NCBI GenBank assembly: GCA_009103225.1
Contig: RHPI01003753.1
Coordinates: 61,843 to 125,842, forward strand
Direction of reading: 5' to 3'
Length of the DNA: 64,000 nt
Source: Chlorokybus atmophyticus
Taxonomy: Eukaryota; Plantae; Mesostigma and Chlorokybus algae
Under the pieces are notes generated by a model, which had not been told where the DNA came from, searched no databases, and worked only from the letters and a program-made list of their open reading frames with translations. The translations under genes were made by a program, and so were the position numbers. Shown here piece after piece: positions 43,428 to 54,581 of the stretch (positions are counted from its first letter, which is position 1; every line of letters begins with the position of its first letter).

Positions 43428-46400
43428 TGTGACGGTGCTCGTGCCTTGTCACCTGTGAGTTGGTCCAATCCACAACCCTCTCACCAAGACACGGTATTCA
43501 CACCGGAACCTTGCCCCCTCTGCCAAGCACACACGCGCCCCGCCACTCGCGTACGCACGCGCATGCGCTCGAAGCTACACACCGACTTGTGTAGCGCCTT
43601 GGATCGTCACACAAGCAAGCACACACCGGTGGGCACACGCTAGCCACCCCTGCTAACCACCACCAAGCTTGCACACAAGAAACTAGGGAGCTAAAGGTTG
43701 TATTGCAAGTTGTAGAATGATGAATGTCACCTTTATACCTACCAGTCTGCACATGCTACTGTCTAGACGATTCTAGCGCTAGACGGAACTAGAAGCTAAG
43801 ATACTCTTGCAGAATCTTGTAGTACACTTCTAGACCTTTCCAACGCACCAAAGATCTCCTAATTTGCTGCTCATATGGTCAAGTTATACTACTTGGCGCC
43901 AGGCCCTTCCAGAAATCTGGTCGAGCCCTTCTCGACTGGCCCTCCGTTTTCTGGCACCTTCCGGACTGGTCTTGGGGCCCCGGTCGATATCCGCGGCAGA
44001 CTCATAACTCGCCGATATCCGCCACAAGTCATTAAAAACATGTACCTTACAAATAAGGCCTAAAACGGCCATGAAAATCACAGAATTTGGCCTTGACTGT
44101 TACACTCCTCCCCCCCCAGGTGAGCTTCGTCCTCGAAGCTCGCGAGGGTGTCGTCGAGCAAGATAGGCACGCACAACGTCTTGAGCATTAGTCAAGTGTG
44201 CCTCTGGCTCCCAGGATGCTTCATGCAACGGATAGCCCTTCCATTTCACTAAGAACTTGCGTACGCCATGCACAAACTTCTCACCAAGGATGTCTTCTAC
44301 CTCCCACTCGGGTTCACCGTCCGTGCCAACTTCGGGGGGTGGCCTTTCTGGCGGTTGTCCTCGATATGCTTTCAGAAGGGAGACGTGAAAAACGGGGTGC
44401 ACACGCATGGTGTCGGGTAGCTCCAACTTGTACGCCACGTCCGAGATAACTTTGCTGACCTTAAATGGTCCCAACCAGCGTTCATTCAGCTTGCGAACTC
44501 CCGTACGCACCTGGACGTGCTTCGCGGAGAGTAACACAATGTCGCCTTCCTGAAACGTGAGGTGTCGGCGATGCGCGTCCGCGTACTGCTTCTGCCGATT
44601 TTGTGCCACCAATAACGCATCCCTAGCTGCCTTGTTAATGTCCGCGCACTTTGTAAGGAAGTCATTAGCTGCCTCCACACGCACGTCATGTCGTCGCGGT
44701 GTCCATGCCGTCAACGGTGTCAATGGATGTTGCCCGTAGTTCATAAGGAAGGGAGTGACACCTGTGCTTGCATTGTGGTGGTTGTTGATCGCAAACTCAA
44801 CCAACTCAAGCAGCTCCTCCCAATTGTCTTGTCGCGCGTTAACGTAGCAACGCAGCATGTCCTCGATCACACGGTTGGCCCGCTCCGTTTGCCCATCAGT
44901 TTGCGGGTGGAATGCCGTGCTAAACTTCAGTGTGGTACCCAGTGCACTATGCAGCGCCTCCCAAAACTTACTTGTAAAGCGCGGGTCGCGATCACTCACA
45001 ATGCTTCGTGGTAATCCATGAGAACGAAATACATGCTTCACGAACAAGCGTGCTGCCTCCGGTGCCGTGCAAGACTCACTACACGGTGCCAAGCGTACCA
45101 TTTTGCTGGTTTTATCGACGAACACAAGTATAGCGTCGTACCCTTCTTTTGTCTTTGGTAGCCCCGTGATAAAGTCCATGGTAACTTGCTCCCACTTGGA
45201 CAATGGCACAGGGAGAGGTTGCAGCAACCCACCTGGCTTTTGGTTGCTTGCCTTCACCCTTTGGCATGCGTCGCACAACGCCACGTAGTCGCGCACATCG
45301 CGATGCATCTCTCGCCAGTAAAAACGCTGTTTTAAGCTTGCCAAAGTCCTTTCCAACCCTTGGTGACCAGCAATGGGCACGTCATGAGCTTCCTTCAGCA
45401 ACTTCACACGGATATGCGCGACGTTGGGGATGTACAAGCGCCCATGGTGCCACAGCAGCCCGTCGCGCATTGACCAGTGCCCACTTGTGTCCGTAGCTGT
45501 ATTTTCCAGCTCTTGCAACACTTTCATACCCTCCGTGTCTTCACGAAGCACTTGCCGAATCTGGTCGGTCCACTCGGGCTGCACTTGAGCGAGTGCCTCA
45601 ATTGCATTAAGCCGGCTCAGCGCGTCAGCAACACCATTTGACGTACCGGGCTTGTACTTGATATCGAAGTCAAAAAGTTGAAAGAACTCAAGCCATCGAG
45701 CTTGTCTGCGACTCAGATGAGGTTGTGTTTGTAAGTACCTCAGTGGAGAGTGATCCGTCTCAAGCACGAACTTTTTGCCTTCCAAAAAACAACGCCATTG
45801 TCGTAGCGCCATGACTTGCGCTAAAAGTTCCTTCTCGTGCACGGGGTAATTCAGCTCCGCACCACTCATCTTCTTGCTGAAGAATGCTACTGGTTGAAGG
45901 CCGTTGCCATGGTCTTGCTGCAAAACAGCTCCTACGGCTGTGTCGGACGCGTCGCAAGCCAAAATAAATGTCTTTTCCATGTTGGGGTGAGCCAGGACTG
46001 GTGCCTCCGTCAGCGCCTTCTTCAACGCAGCAAATGCATGTTCCTCTGTTGCTGACCAGCTCCAATGCTTTCCCTTCTTGAGTAGGGCAGTCAAGGGAGC
46101 AGCTATGCGCGAAAACCCCATGATAAACTTGCGATAATACCCCGCAAGGCCTAAAAAGGACATCACCTCCTTTACATTGGTCGGGGCAGCCCACTCGCGC
46201 ACCACCTGCACTTTGTTGGGGTCCGGCTTGATGCCTTCATGCGACACAATGTGGCCTAGGTACTCCACCTCTCGAAGCAAGAATTTGCACTTCTGTAGCT
46301 GGGCGTACAACTTGTGTTCGCGCAAACGCTGCAACACGCGCCGTAGAAGTGCCACGTGCTCCTCCTTTGTTGTCGCGTACACCAAAATGTCGTCGAGGTA

Positions 46401-47612
46401 CACGAGGACTCCCTTACCAATCAAGTCAGCAAAAACGCTGTTCATAAGCGTTTGAAATGTTGCCGGTGCATTCGTAAGTCCGAAGGACATGACCAACCAC
46501 TCGTAGTGCCCATAACGTGTGTTGAAAGCTGTTTTCTCCACATCCTCGGGCGTGATGCGAATTTGGTGATAACCTCCAGCAAGATCAAGTGTTGTGAAGT
46601 ACTGCGCACCTTGCAATTGCTCCAGCAACTCGTCGATACGTGGGAGTGGAAAGCAATTCCTCTTCGTGATGTTGTTGAGAGCTCGGTAGTCGACGCACAT
46701 GCGCAAGCTCCCGTTCTTCTTTCGTACAAACAAAATAGGTGCACCATAGGGGGACTTACTAGGCCTGATGTAGCCTCTTTCCAGCAAGTCNCAGTGCCAA
46801 GATGGCAGCTTGAAGCTCTTCCATGCGAGCATCCTCCATCTCCACTAACACACTACACTCCGCTTCCGAATGAAAAGTGTAAACGCCCACACACTTCCTC
46901 TCTCACCTTCGTAAACCGTGCTCCGATACCAGTTGTGACGGTGCTCGTGCCTTGTCACCTGTGAGTTGGTCCAATCCACAACCCTCTCACCAAGACACGG
47001 TATTCACACCGGAACCTTGCCCCCTCTGCCAAGCACACACACGCGCCCCGCCACTCGCGTACGCACGCGCATGCGCTCGAAGCTACACACCGACTTGTGT
47101 AGCGCCTTGGATTGTCACACAAGCAAGCACACACCGGTGGGCACACGCTAGCAACCCCTGCTAACCACCACCAAGCTTGCACACAAGAAACTAGGGAGCT
47201 AAAGGTTGTATTGCAAGTTGTAGAATGATGAATGTCACTTTTATACCTACCAATCTGCACATGCTACTGTCTAGACGATTCTAGCGCTAGACGGAACTAG
47301 AAGCTAAGATACTCTTGCAGAATCTTGTAGTACACTTCTAGACCTTTCCAACGCACCAAAGATCTCCTAATTTGCTGCTCATATGGTCAAGTTATACTAC
47401 TTGGCGCCAGGCCCTTCCAGAAATCTGGTCGAGCCCTTCTCGACTGGCCCTCCGTTTTCTGGCACCTTCCGGACTGGTCTCGGGGCCCCGGTCGATATCC
47501 GCGGCAGACTCATAACTCGCCGATATCCGCCACAAGTCATTAAAAACATGTACCTTACAAATAAGGCCTAAAACGGCCATGAAAATCACAGAATTTGGCC
47601 TTGACTGTTACA
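43428..47612 (-). mobile_element. Chromovirus (Ty3/Gypsy with chromodomain), recent insertion
   Basis: LTRs 43428-44104 and 46934-47612 (TG...CA, ~99% identical: 5 substitutions and a 2-bp indel seen). 5-bp TSD GGTGA (43423-43427 / 47613-47617). PBS TGGTATCGGAGC (iMet-type) next to the 5' LTR; PPT GGGGGGGAGGAG next to the 3' LTR. Confidence 0.97.
44100..46790 (-). CDS. Chromovirus pol: RT, RNase H, integrase, chromodomain (open to stop)
   Basis: MSFGLTNAPATFQ, YLDDIL, LACDAS, HDVPIAGH..CDAC, MDFITGLP, SDRD, QTERAN, WLGPFKV, WEVEDILGEKFVHGVRKFLVKWKGYPLHEASWEPEAHL. The gag start MEDARMEELQAAILAL lies just before the N at 46791. Confidence 0.95.
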   Translation of the reverse strand, partial: DLLERGYIRPSKSPYGAPILFVRKKNGSLRMCVDYRALNNITKRNCFPLPRIDELLEQLQGAQYFTTLDLAGGYHQIRITPEDVEKTAFNTRYGHYEWLVMSFGLTNAPATFQTLMNSVFADLIGKGVLVYLDDILVYATTKEEHVALLRRVLQRLREHKLYAQLQKCKFLLREVEYLGHIVSHEGIKPDPNKVQVVREWAAPTNVKEVMSFLGLAGYYRKFIMGFSRIAAPLTALLKKGKHWSWSATEEHAFAALKKALTEAPVLAHPNMEKTFILACDASDTAVGAVLQQDHGNGLQPVAFFSKKMSGAELNYPVHEKELLAQVMALRQWRCFLEGKKFVLETDHSPLRYLQTQPHLSRRQARWLEFFQLFDFDIKYKPGTSNGVADALSRLNAIEALAQVQPEWTDQIRQVLREDTEGMKVLQELENTATDTSGHWSMRDGLLWHHGRLYIPNVAHIRVKLLKEAHDVPIAGHQGLERTLASLKQRFYWREMHRDVRDYVALCDACQRVKASNQKPGGLLQPLPVPLSKWEQVTMDFITGLPKTKEGYDAILVFVDKTSKMVRLAPCSESCTAPEAARLFVKHVFRSHGLPRSIVSDRDPRFTSKFWEALHSALGTTLKFSTAFHPQTDGQTERANRVIEDMLRCYVNARQDNWEELLELVEFAINNHHNASTGVTPFLMNYGQHPLTPLTAWTPRRHDVRVEAANDFLTKCADINKAARDALLVAQNRQKQYADAHRRHLTFQEGDIVLLSAKHVQVRTGVRKLNERWLGPFKVSKVISDVAYKLELPDTMRVHPVFHVSLLKAYRGQPPERPPPEVGTDGEPEWEVEDILGEKFVHGVRKFLVKWKGYPLHEASWEPEAHLTNAQDVVRAYLARRHPRELRGRSSPGGGGV

Positions 47613-47986
47613 GGTGACACCGAGGCTGCATGCTGAGTGCCAGCATTCCCAGCAGGTGTCACACAATTTCAGCAGCTAATGGGTGGTGGCGCACCCGGCG
47701 CATCTCATGATACGAACCCGCGGGCGAGGTTTGCCTAGTCCTTCGACGTACGGGAGATGACAGGGAAAACAATTCTCCACGTGGTTGTGAGGGTGCCTGA
47801 GGGGTCACGCAGTGACAGGGTGCCGTAAGCGCGCACCTGTGCCACCTTGTAAACCATGCCGTAGTTGGCTGGGTCCAGGGTGTTGTGTTTTGCTTTTTGC
47901 AGACGTAGTCCCCCCGGTAGAACTTGCGAGTTTGAGGCACGTAGCTGCCGCTGTGCATGTTTTCGTAACGGCGCTTGTCCCTGCGC

Positions 47987-48408
47987 TGCGCAGCCTTGAG
48001 GTTGGCCAAGGCAGAGGGTACCGCGGTCCTGAGCAGGTTGGCGCGGGTCGTCAGTACTTCCATCATGTGGGTGGGTTTATTGATGATGTCCTCAACTGCC
48101 TCTGTAGCATGGCGGATGCGGAAAGGGAGCAGTGGTTCTCTTCCGAACATGAGGAAGTATGGGCTGAAGGAGCGAAGCGCCGCCTGCCGGGTGCAACTGC
48201 GCAGCCTTGAGGTTGGCCAAGGCAGAGGGTACCGCGGTCCTGAGCAGGTTGGCGCGGGTCGTCAGTACTTCCATCATGTGGATGGGTTTATTGATGATGT
48301 CCTCAACTGCCTCTGTAGCATGGCGGATGCGAAAAGGGAGCGGTGGTTCTCTTCCAAATATGAGGAAGTATGGGCTGAAGGAGCGAAGCGCCGCCTGCCG
48401 GGTGCAAC
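47987..48408. repeat. 211-bp tandem duplication within the element 2 integrase
   Basis: 47987-48197 and 48198-48408 are near-identical; 211 is not a multiple of 3. Confidence 0.92.
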
Positions 48409-51400
48409 GGTAGCCGAGGGCAAGCCAAGGCAGGAACTCATCCCATTCCTTCTGCGGATGGGTGACGCAATGGCGCCGGAGGGCCTTCTTAACTGTCTGC
48501 ACTATTCGTTTTGCAAGCCCGTCAGCTTGAGGATGATCGCGGCTGGTGCGGCGGTGGTCAGTAGTGAACGACACTACTGCCCACCATACGCAATGCAAAG
48601 GCGAAATGCATAATAAGGGAGGGTATTCTCCCTGGAATGCAGTGCCCTGGTCGGTGACGAGTTCGGCACAGGCGCCGAACCTGCTGAGTATGTGGTCAAG
48701 GAAGACTTGAGTCACTGTTGAGGCCGACTTGTCAAGCAGGGGGATAAGTTTGACCCACTTGCTAAAGTGTTCAACGGCGACGAGGACGTATACGTTGCCA
48801 CGGCGTGTGATGGGCACTCACCTGCCAGGTCCACGCTCCAGCGGTAACCCAGACCCCGTAATGGGGAGAGGGTGCAGCTGGTGGTGGCGGTGTGAGAGGC
48901 TTGCCCGTATACGATCACAGAACTTACACTACCTAAGCACGTCAACGACGTTACGCGCGAGCCCGTCCCACCAGTAGTCGCTGCGCACCATGTTGGCAGT
49001 GCGCTTCATTCCGAAATGGCCTAGCTGGTGGTGGAGGTTGGCGATGATGCCTGTCGATGAGGCTGGGGCACCTCCATGCGCTGTCCGTCATTCATGACGC
49101 GCCAAAGGATGTCGTTGTCTCAAGTGTGGTTTTTGGCCCGATGCTGTGCGCGATCAACTGCTTTGTGGTCGAGCCCATCGGTTAAAGCTCCTGTCTTTAC
49201 CAGCTGCAGAGTGGGGGCATCTGCCCAAATGTCTCCCTCGGATGCAGGAGGTATGATGGCACGGAGCACGGGGTTGCGTGCTTCATGCGTAGGCCGGCTG
49301 CCACGATTAACATAGCTTGCTAGTGTGGAGTGTCGCCATCGTAGCGCGCGCCGGTGGTGTCCACAGTGTCGGGGTTAGGGTTGCGGCTCAAACCGTCAGC
49401 ATCGGTGTTGATGCTACCAGGTTTATGCATGATGGTGAGATCATACTCCTGCAGCAGCAAGGCCCAGCGAGCATGCTTACCAGTCAACTTGTTGATGGTA
49501 ATGAGCCACTGAAGAGGCTGATGGTTTGTTACCAGTTTAAACTGGTAACCGAAGAGCAATGCCCGGAAGAATTGAATAGCTCAGACAGCTGCAAGTTGCT
49601 CCCCTTCGTAGCTGCTGTAATTGGCTTCAGCAGCATTATTGCTCCGGCTGACATAAGCGATAACTTGTTCTTTGCCCTCATCGTTCTTTTGACACAGCAC
49701 CGCGCCTAGCCCTAGCCGGCTCCAATCTGTATGAAGGATGAAGGGCTTTCTGTTAGTTAGGGTCACCCTAACTGGCACACGGTGTGCCAGTATGGGAGCG
49801 GATTAAGGGTGGCTCTTGAGTGCCTCAAACGCTTGTTGCTCGGCTTCACCCCAATGCCAGGTGATGGCTTTCTTCAGCAGGTCATTGAGAGGCTTGGCTA
49901 TTCTTGAAAAGTTCAGCACGAACCTACGGTAGTAGTTGGCTAAACCAAGGAAGGCACGTAGCTGCGAGATGTCAGTAGGTGGTGGCACCTTCAGTAATGC
50001 GTCCACCTTTGCCCGCTGCACCATCACACGTTGGGGACGATGAGGTGGCCGAGGTAAGGGATCTTGTCGGCGAAGAAGGTGCACTTCTCAAGGTGTGCCA
50101 TGAGGTTGTGTTCCTTCAGTCGCTCCAGCACCTCTTTGATGTGCTGCAGGTGGGCCTCTGCAGTGTGGCTGAAGATGAGGATGTCATCAATATAACACCG
50201 TGAGTAATCCCGCCCGCGTAGGGTTCGGACCATAACGCGTTGGAAGACAGCTGGTGCGTTTTGCAGCCCAAACGGCATAACCTTCCACTGGTAAAGGGTC
50301 CGGTTGCCCCAGAAGGCGGTCTTGCACTTGTGGTCTGTATGCCAATCTGCTGGAAATCAGAGCGCGTTGAGGACTGAGAAATACTTGCAAGTTTCAACGC
50401 TGTCGAAGATCTCGTCTGGCGTGTACATGCCGTTGCGGTAAAGCAGCGTGCGAGTGTTGAGATTGCAGTGATCTCCACACATACGGCACTGTGTCATCTG
50501 CCCGTGCTCGTCCTTCTTCAGTGGCATGACAGTGGCCACTGCATACCGAGTGCTTGGGGCTGCCTCCTCGATGAGGCCGGCGTCCAACAGCTTCTTGCAG
50601 TTGGTTTTGATGAGCTCGGTTTCCACCTTGGCCAGGGGATGCTGCTTGCTGAAGATAGGCCCGGCGGTGACCACCTATATGGTGAAGTCGTGGAAGTTGC
50701 ACTTGTCAAAGTCTTTGAGTGAGTGCGCGAACCGCGACTTGTGACTTTCCAAGAGGGTTTTCAGCCGATCCTCCATGTCTCCACAGGCCATACAACCGAT
50801 CCTCCACCCTTCTTGCGCTGGTTCATCCGTGTGAGGGATATCCAATGCCTCCTCAAGAGCTTCAAGTTCGCTGCCTTGGACCATAAGCCATGAAAACAAA
50901 TGATGGGTCTCCGATTGCTGCGGGNNNNNNNNNNNNNNNNNNNNNNNNNNNNNNNNNNNNNNNNNNNNNNNNNNNNNNNNNNNNNNNNNNNNNNNNNNNN
51001 NNNNNNNNNNNNNNNNNNNNNNNNNNNNNNNNNNNNNNNNNNNNNNNNNNNNNNNNNNNNNNNNNNNNNNNNNNNNNNNNNNNNNNNNNNNNNNNNNNNN
51101 NNNNNNNNNNNNNNNNNNNNNNNNNNNNNNNNNNNNNCCCCCCCCCAACCACCACCACAGCGGACGGCGTAGGGCGGAGACGTGACCAGTAGCCGTGTTG
51201 CAGGGCCAAGCATGTTTCCAGTAGCCGATCCATGATATTCTGGTCCCTAGCACAGCCAAGAAGTGCGCGGCAGTCGTGCTCCTCGAGTTTGGGTGCCTGA
51301 GTGATGGCGCCTGGCCAAGAGCCCATAGCCAACTCGCGCTCCGTGACGAGTGGCTCCCGAAAGCAGTGCAGATTGTTATCCCAAACCGTGCCGATGTTGC

Positions 51401-53717
51401 CGTTGCGGAAGGAGTGAGAGCCATGGAAGGCCACAAAGGTGGGCAAGTCAGCCATTGGCTGACCCATTTTGTTGCTCTGGTGGAAGGATTTGTGGTCCGG
51501 CTTGGGCACCAGTTGCAGGGTGGTGCCAGCAGCCAGGATGTCGGTAATCGAGAGACCTAGAGAACGCACGTACAAGGGCTGCGCAGCGACCAAGTTCTGT
51601 GCGTTGGCGAGGTTGGTCAACTTGCTGCGCAAGCGATGCGCGCGTGAGCCGTGTGCGGCTGCGTCAGTGACCACTGAATCGCGGAGGACTGTACATACGC
51701 GTTCGTAGTCAGCACGAACGTTAGCGCGGTGATCATCCTTTGCACATACGTCCTTCAGCATATATGCGGGCGGACTGTTAGGTTGCTGTTGTAGGAGTGT
51801 GCGGATGACGTGGTCTGGGAATGGATGGCGGTGTTTTACCACGTGCTCCAGGGCGTGGGTTGCTGGGTGCATGCGCAGCAATCGAAACGCCTGCTGCACC
51901 GGAACGCACCCCCTCCCTTGAGGGCGAGTGCGCGGATGCCATCACAGTTTGAAAATAACTATCTACCCTATCTCTTCCCCCCCTTCCCCCCACCCCACAG
52001 CGTAGCACTGACGAATGGTGCGGGCAAAAGCGCGTACCCTTATGGTGTGCCGTAATCCTTTTCGGAAGCACGTGGGTGGCAACGCAGGAGGGTGGCGGTG
52101 TAAGGGACAGGGCTGGCTGTGAGGGGATACCAGTATGAAGTGCGAGTTCCTTCGGAGGCGCAGAATGATAGCAACAGGTGTGCCATCGCCCTGGCGCCAG
52201 CGTGGACGAAAGATGGCGTATTCTGTCCATGTATCGACGGCTGCTCTAATGGGGTGTTTCCATGCCGATGAGGACATCAAACATCTCTGAATTGGAGATG
52301 AGACAGAAGACGTTCAGGATGGTAGTTTCATCCTGTTGATAGCCAGTAAAACGCAGAGATATGCGTTTGCGGGTTTCACCTAGGGTGTTTTCGAGCGCGC
52401 CCAGGGCGGTGTGAATCTCGTGTGACGTCACGTTGAGATCGTGGTCGTTGATGCTCAAGTTCCGCTGCACGTTTTCTAAAGATGACGGGTTGCGCGCCTG
52501 TGTCAAACAAGACGTGACGTGGAACTCAAGGGTGGTCGGCGAAGGTGATGTGCCCTCGCTGGTTGTTGACCATGCTAATGTTGGGTCAATACTAAAGCCT
52601 GTTCCGCGTGCGGGGTGGCCTGTAGAGGTTCGTTAGCAAAGGGAAGGGCATGCCATCCCAGTTGGGGTCGGCAGCAATGTCTTCCAGCAGCGCGACGGAT
52701 ATAGTCCGTCAGCTGTGTACGCCGCCGGGTGATGGTGGTGAACGTGGTGCAGGAGAGGAGGTGCTGGGTTGATTGGGCCCAGGCGCATCAGCACGTGAGA
52801 TGTATTGGGTGGCGGCCTCCATTGCCAGTGGGAGTGCTTCCGCAGTGATAGCGCGTTCCCAGTGATGTTGGCGACGGTATCCGCACGTGGTGACTGGCAA
52901 GATGGGCAACAGCCTGACATAGGCGATTATGAGAGCGGTGTCAGCGTTGGATAGAGGGGTGGGGTATACACATATTGCGCAGTGTGTCTGCCGGTGCTCC
53001 TGTGTCTTCGAGAAGCTGTCCTTCTACCAATTGGCGAAGGTCCCTGGTCTCTTCATCGTCCACATGGTGCTGCGTGGCTCGGTGAAGCTGCTGGTCATCG
53101 CGTTGGTTCTCCCAATGGAAGAGCCTAAACTCATTTGAGAGGTGTTGCTCAGTGGCACCAGTTCGCTGGTGGGCCATCATAGTAGGATCCTAATAATGCG
53201 CGGCCCGGGTGAGCAGGCGTGGCATCTTGACAGTGACCAGGTCCTCGATCCATGCTTCGGGGCTGATGAACAGCCGTGGATCCATGGAGTGGCTGCGATT
53301 GGCCAGCCATAGCATGAGGTCCCTCAGTTCACTTTTGAGGATGCTGCGGCCCAGTGGTGCCAGGTCGTTCCAGGGTCCCTCTCGGCGAAGCAGTCGTCCC
53401 TGAAGCCTTTGCAGGCGGGAACGCACCTCCATGAGAAGTTGTCCGGTCTGCACGGGAATTGTACTCCAGAATGGTGGGGGCAGAGAGGCAGGTGCGAGTT
53501 GCCTGGAACGCCTTTTTTGGTTGAGACGGTGTGGGCTGGGGTTGCTCGACCCTTTGCGTGGGTATCCCATGCGAGGAGTGAGCGTACCGAGCAGGGTGTC
53601 CTATTGCGTGCGCTCCTGCGGGTCGCGAGGGGCGGCGCCTTGGAGCACAAATGGGTTTGACGAAACAGCCACAGTTGACGCCGGATTCGACGTTTTTGCT
53701 GTGCCCAGGTGATTGCT

Positions 53718-54534
53718 TATCATGCCATCTACCCTCGCATGCCAGTCCTTCTCGAGCAGGCCTACACCCAGCCCCATGCCCGGGCTACCGGCATGAAGAC
53801 CGCGCGAGCCCCAGCCTACTGCTAGCTACTGTATCACTCATGTAGCATGTAGCTAGGGCTACTTTATAGACCTGTCTGTAGGGACCGCGCGTAGCTGATC
53901 AGTTGTAAGTCTGTTAAAGACACATGTGCTATATCGAGTCTTATGAGATTTCCGAAATAGCATGAGGCCTCGATGTGACCGTTGGCCTAGTGCCGGCGTG
54001 GCACTGCACGGTCATGATTTAACATGTATAAGTAGAAAGTCACGTCACCAGACTGGCTGGTGACACTGTAAGTGAGTACTGTGAGTACTAGGAGTACTAA
54101 GAAGTAAAGACTCTGTTTCTAAAGAGCTTGTGAAGCGATTCTATCTGGAAGCACGCTGCCCCAGTTGCCAAGAATTCCCTTACTGCGTGAGACACGGTGC
54201 ATGCTCTTGTGCGCTGTGCCTGTCATTGCTGTGAGCTTGTCGGTGGTGTGTTGTTTCAGTAGTCAGGGTGTTGTATCCACGTGTTGCACACTCATTCACC
54301 TCACTTAACAGTGTATCATTCTATCCGCTCATGCAAAAAACTTTGTCTACAGCACTACCTATCGTAGTGGCTTGTTGACTTACAGTGTCACCCTCTTTGC
54401 ACAAGTGAGTGTGTTGCAATCTGCATCAGATAGTGCAGTCTGCACCCAGGGATACATCGCTGGGCATTCGTTATCATTGTCATCACATAGTGCGCACAAG
54501 CACTAGTGTGTTGGGTGGTAACAGCATCATGATA
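53718..54534 (+). repeat. Putative 5' LTR of element 1 (right boundary tentative)
   Basis: Begins TATCATG and the proposed end is CATGATA (7-bp inverted termini). TATAAG at 54027-54032. Only 36 bp of the partner LTR are inside the window. Confidence 0.55.
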
Positions 54535-54581
54535 GACGGTAGAGCACAAGCACTCTACCCTTTCACCTCTGGACCAGCTGT

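Larger units (their letters stand above)
43090..53717 (-). mobile_element. Degenerate Ty3/Gypsy-like element 2: accessory domain, protease, dead C5-MTase, RT, RNase H, integrase, PHD; its LTR extends left of 43090
   Basis: Minus-strand fragments in order: VLFDTGAQPVI (~52500), MTase remnant HGSRAHRLRSKLTNL...ERELAMG..LLGCARDQN (51200-51900), MPFGLQNAPAVFQR..RCYIDD (50180-50280), FILHTDWSRLGLGAVL..NYSSYEGE (49580-49750), VEHFSKWV..VTDQG..ADGLAKR (48550-48800), and a split PHD. Many stops and frameshifts; N gap 50925-51137. Confidence 0.9.

Noticed and set aside
46785-46930. Chromovirus apparently lacking gag and protease
   Set aside because: The gag start (MEDARMEELQAAILAL) runs into a single N at 46791 and RT resumes immediately after. 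Single Ns mark joins elsewhere in this assembly, so collapsed sequence is likelier than a real deletion.
47987-48408. 211-bp tandem repeat as a functional array
   Set aside because: Only two copies, frameshifting, inside an already dead integrase; ordinary decay.
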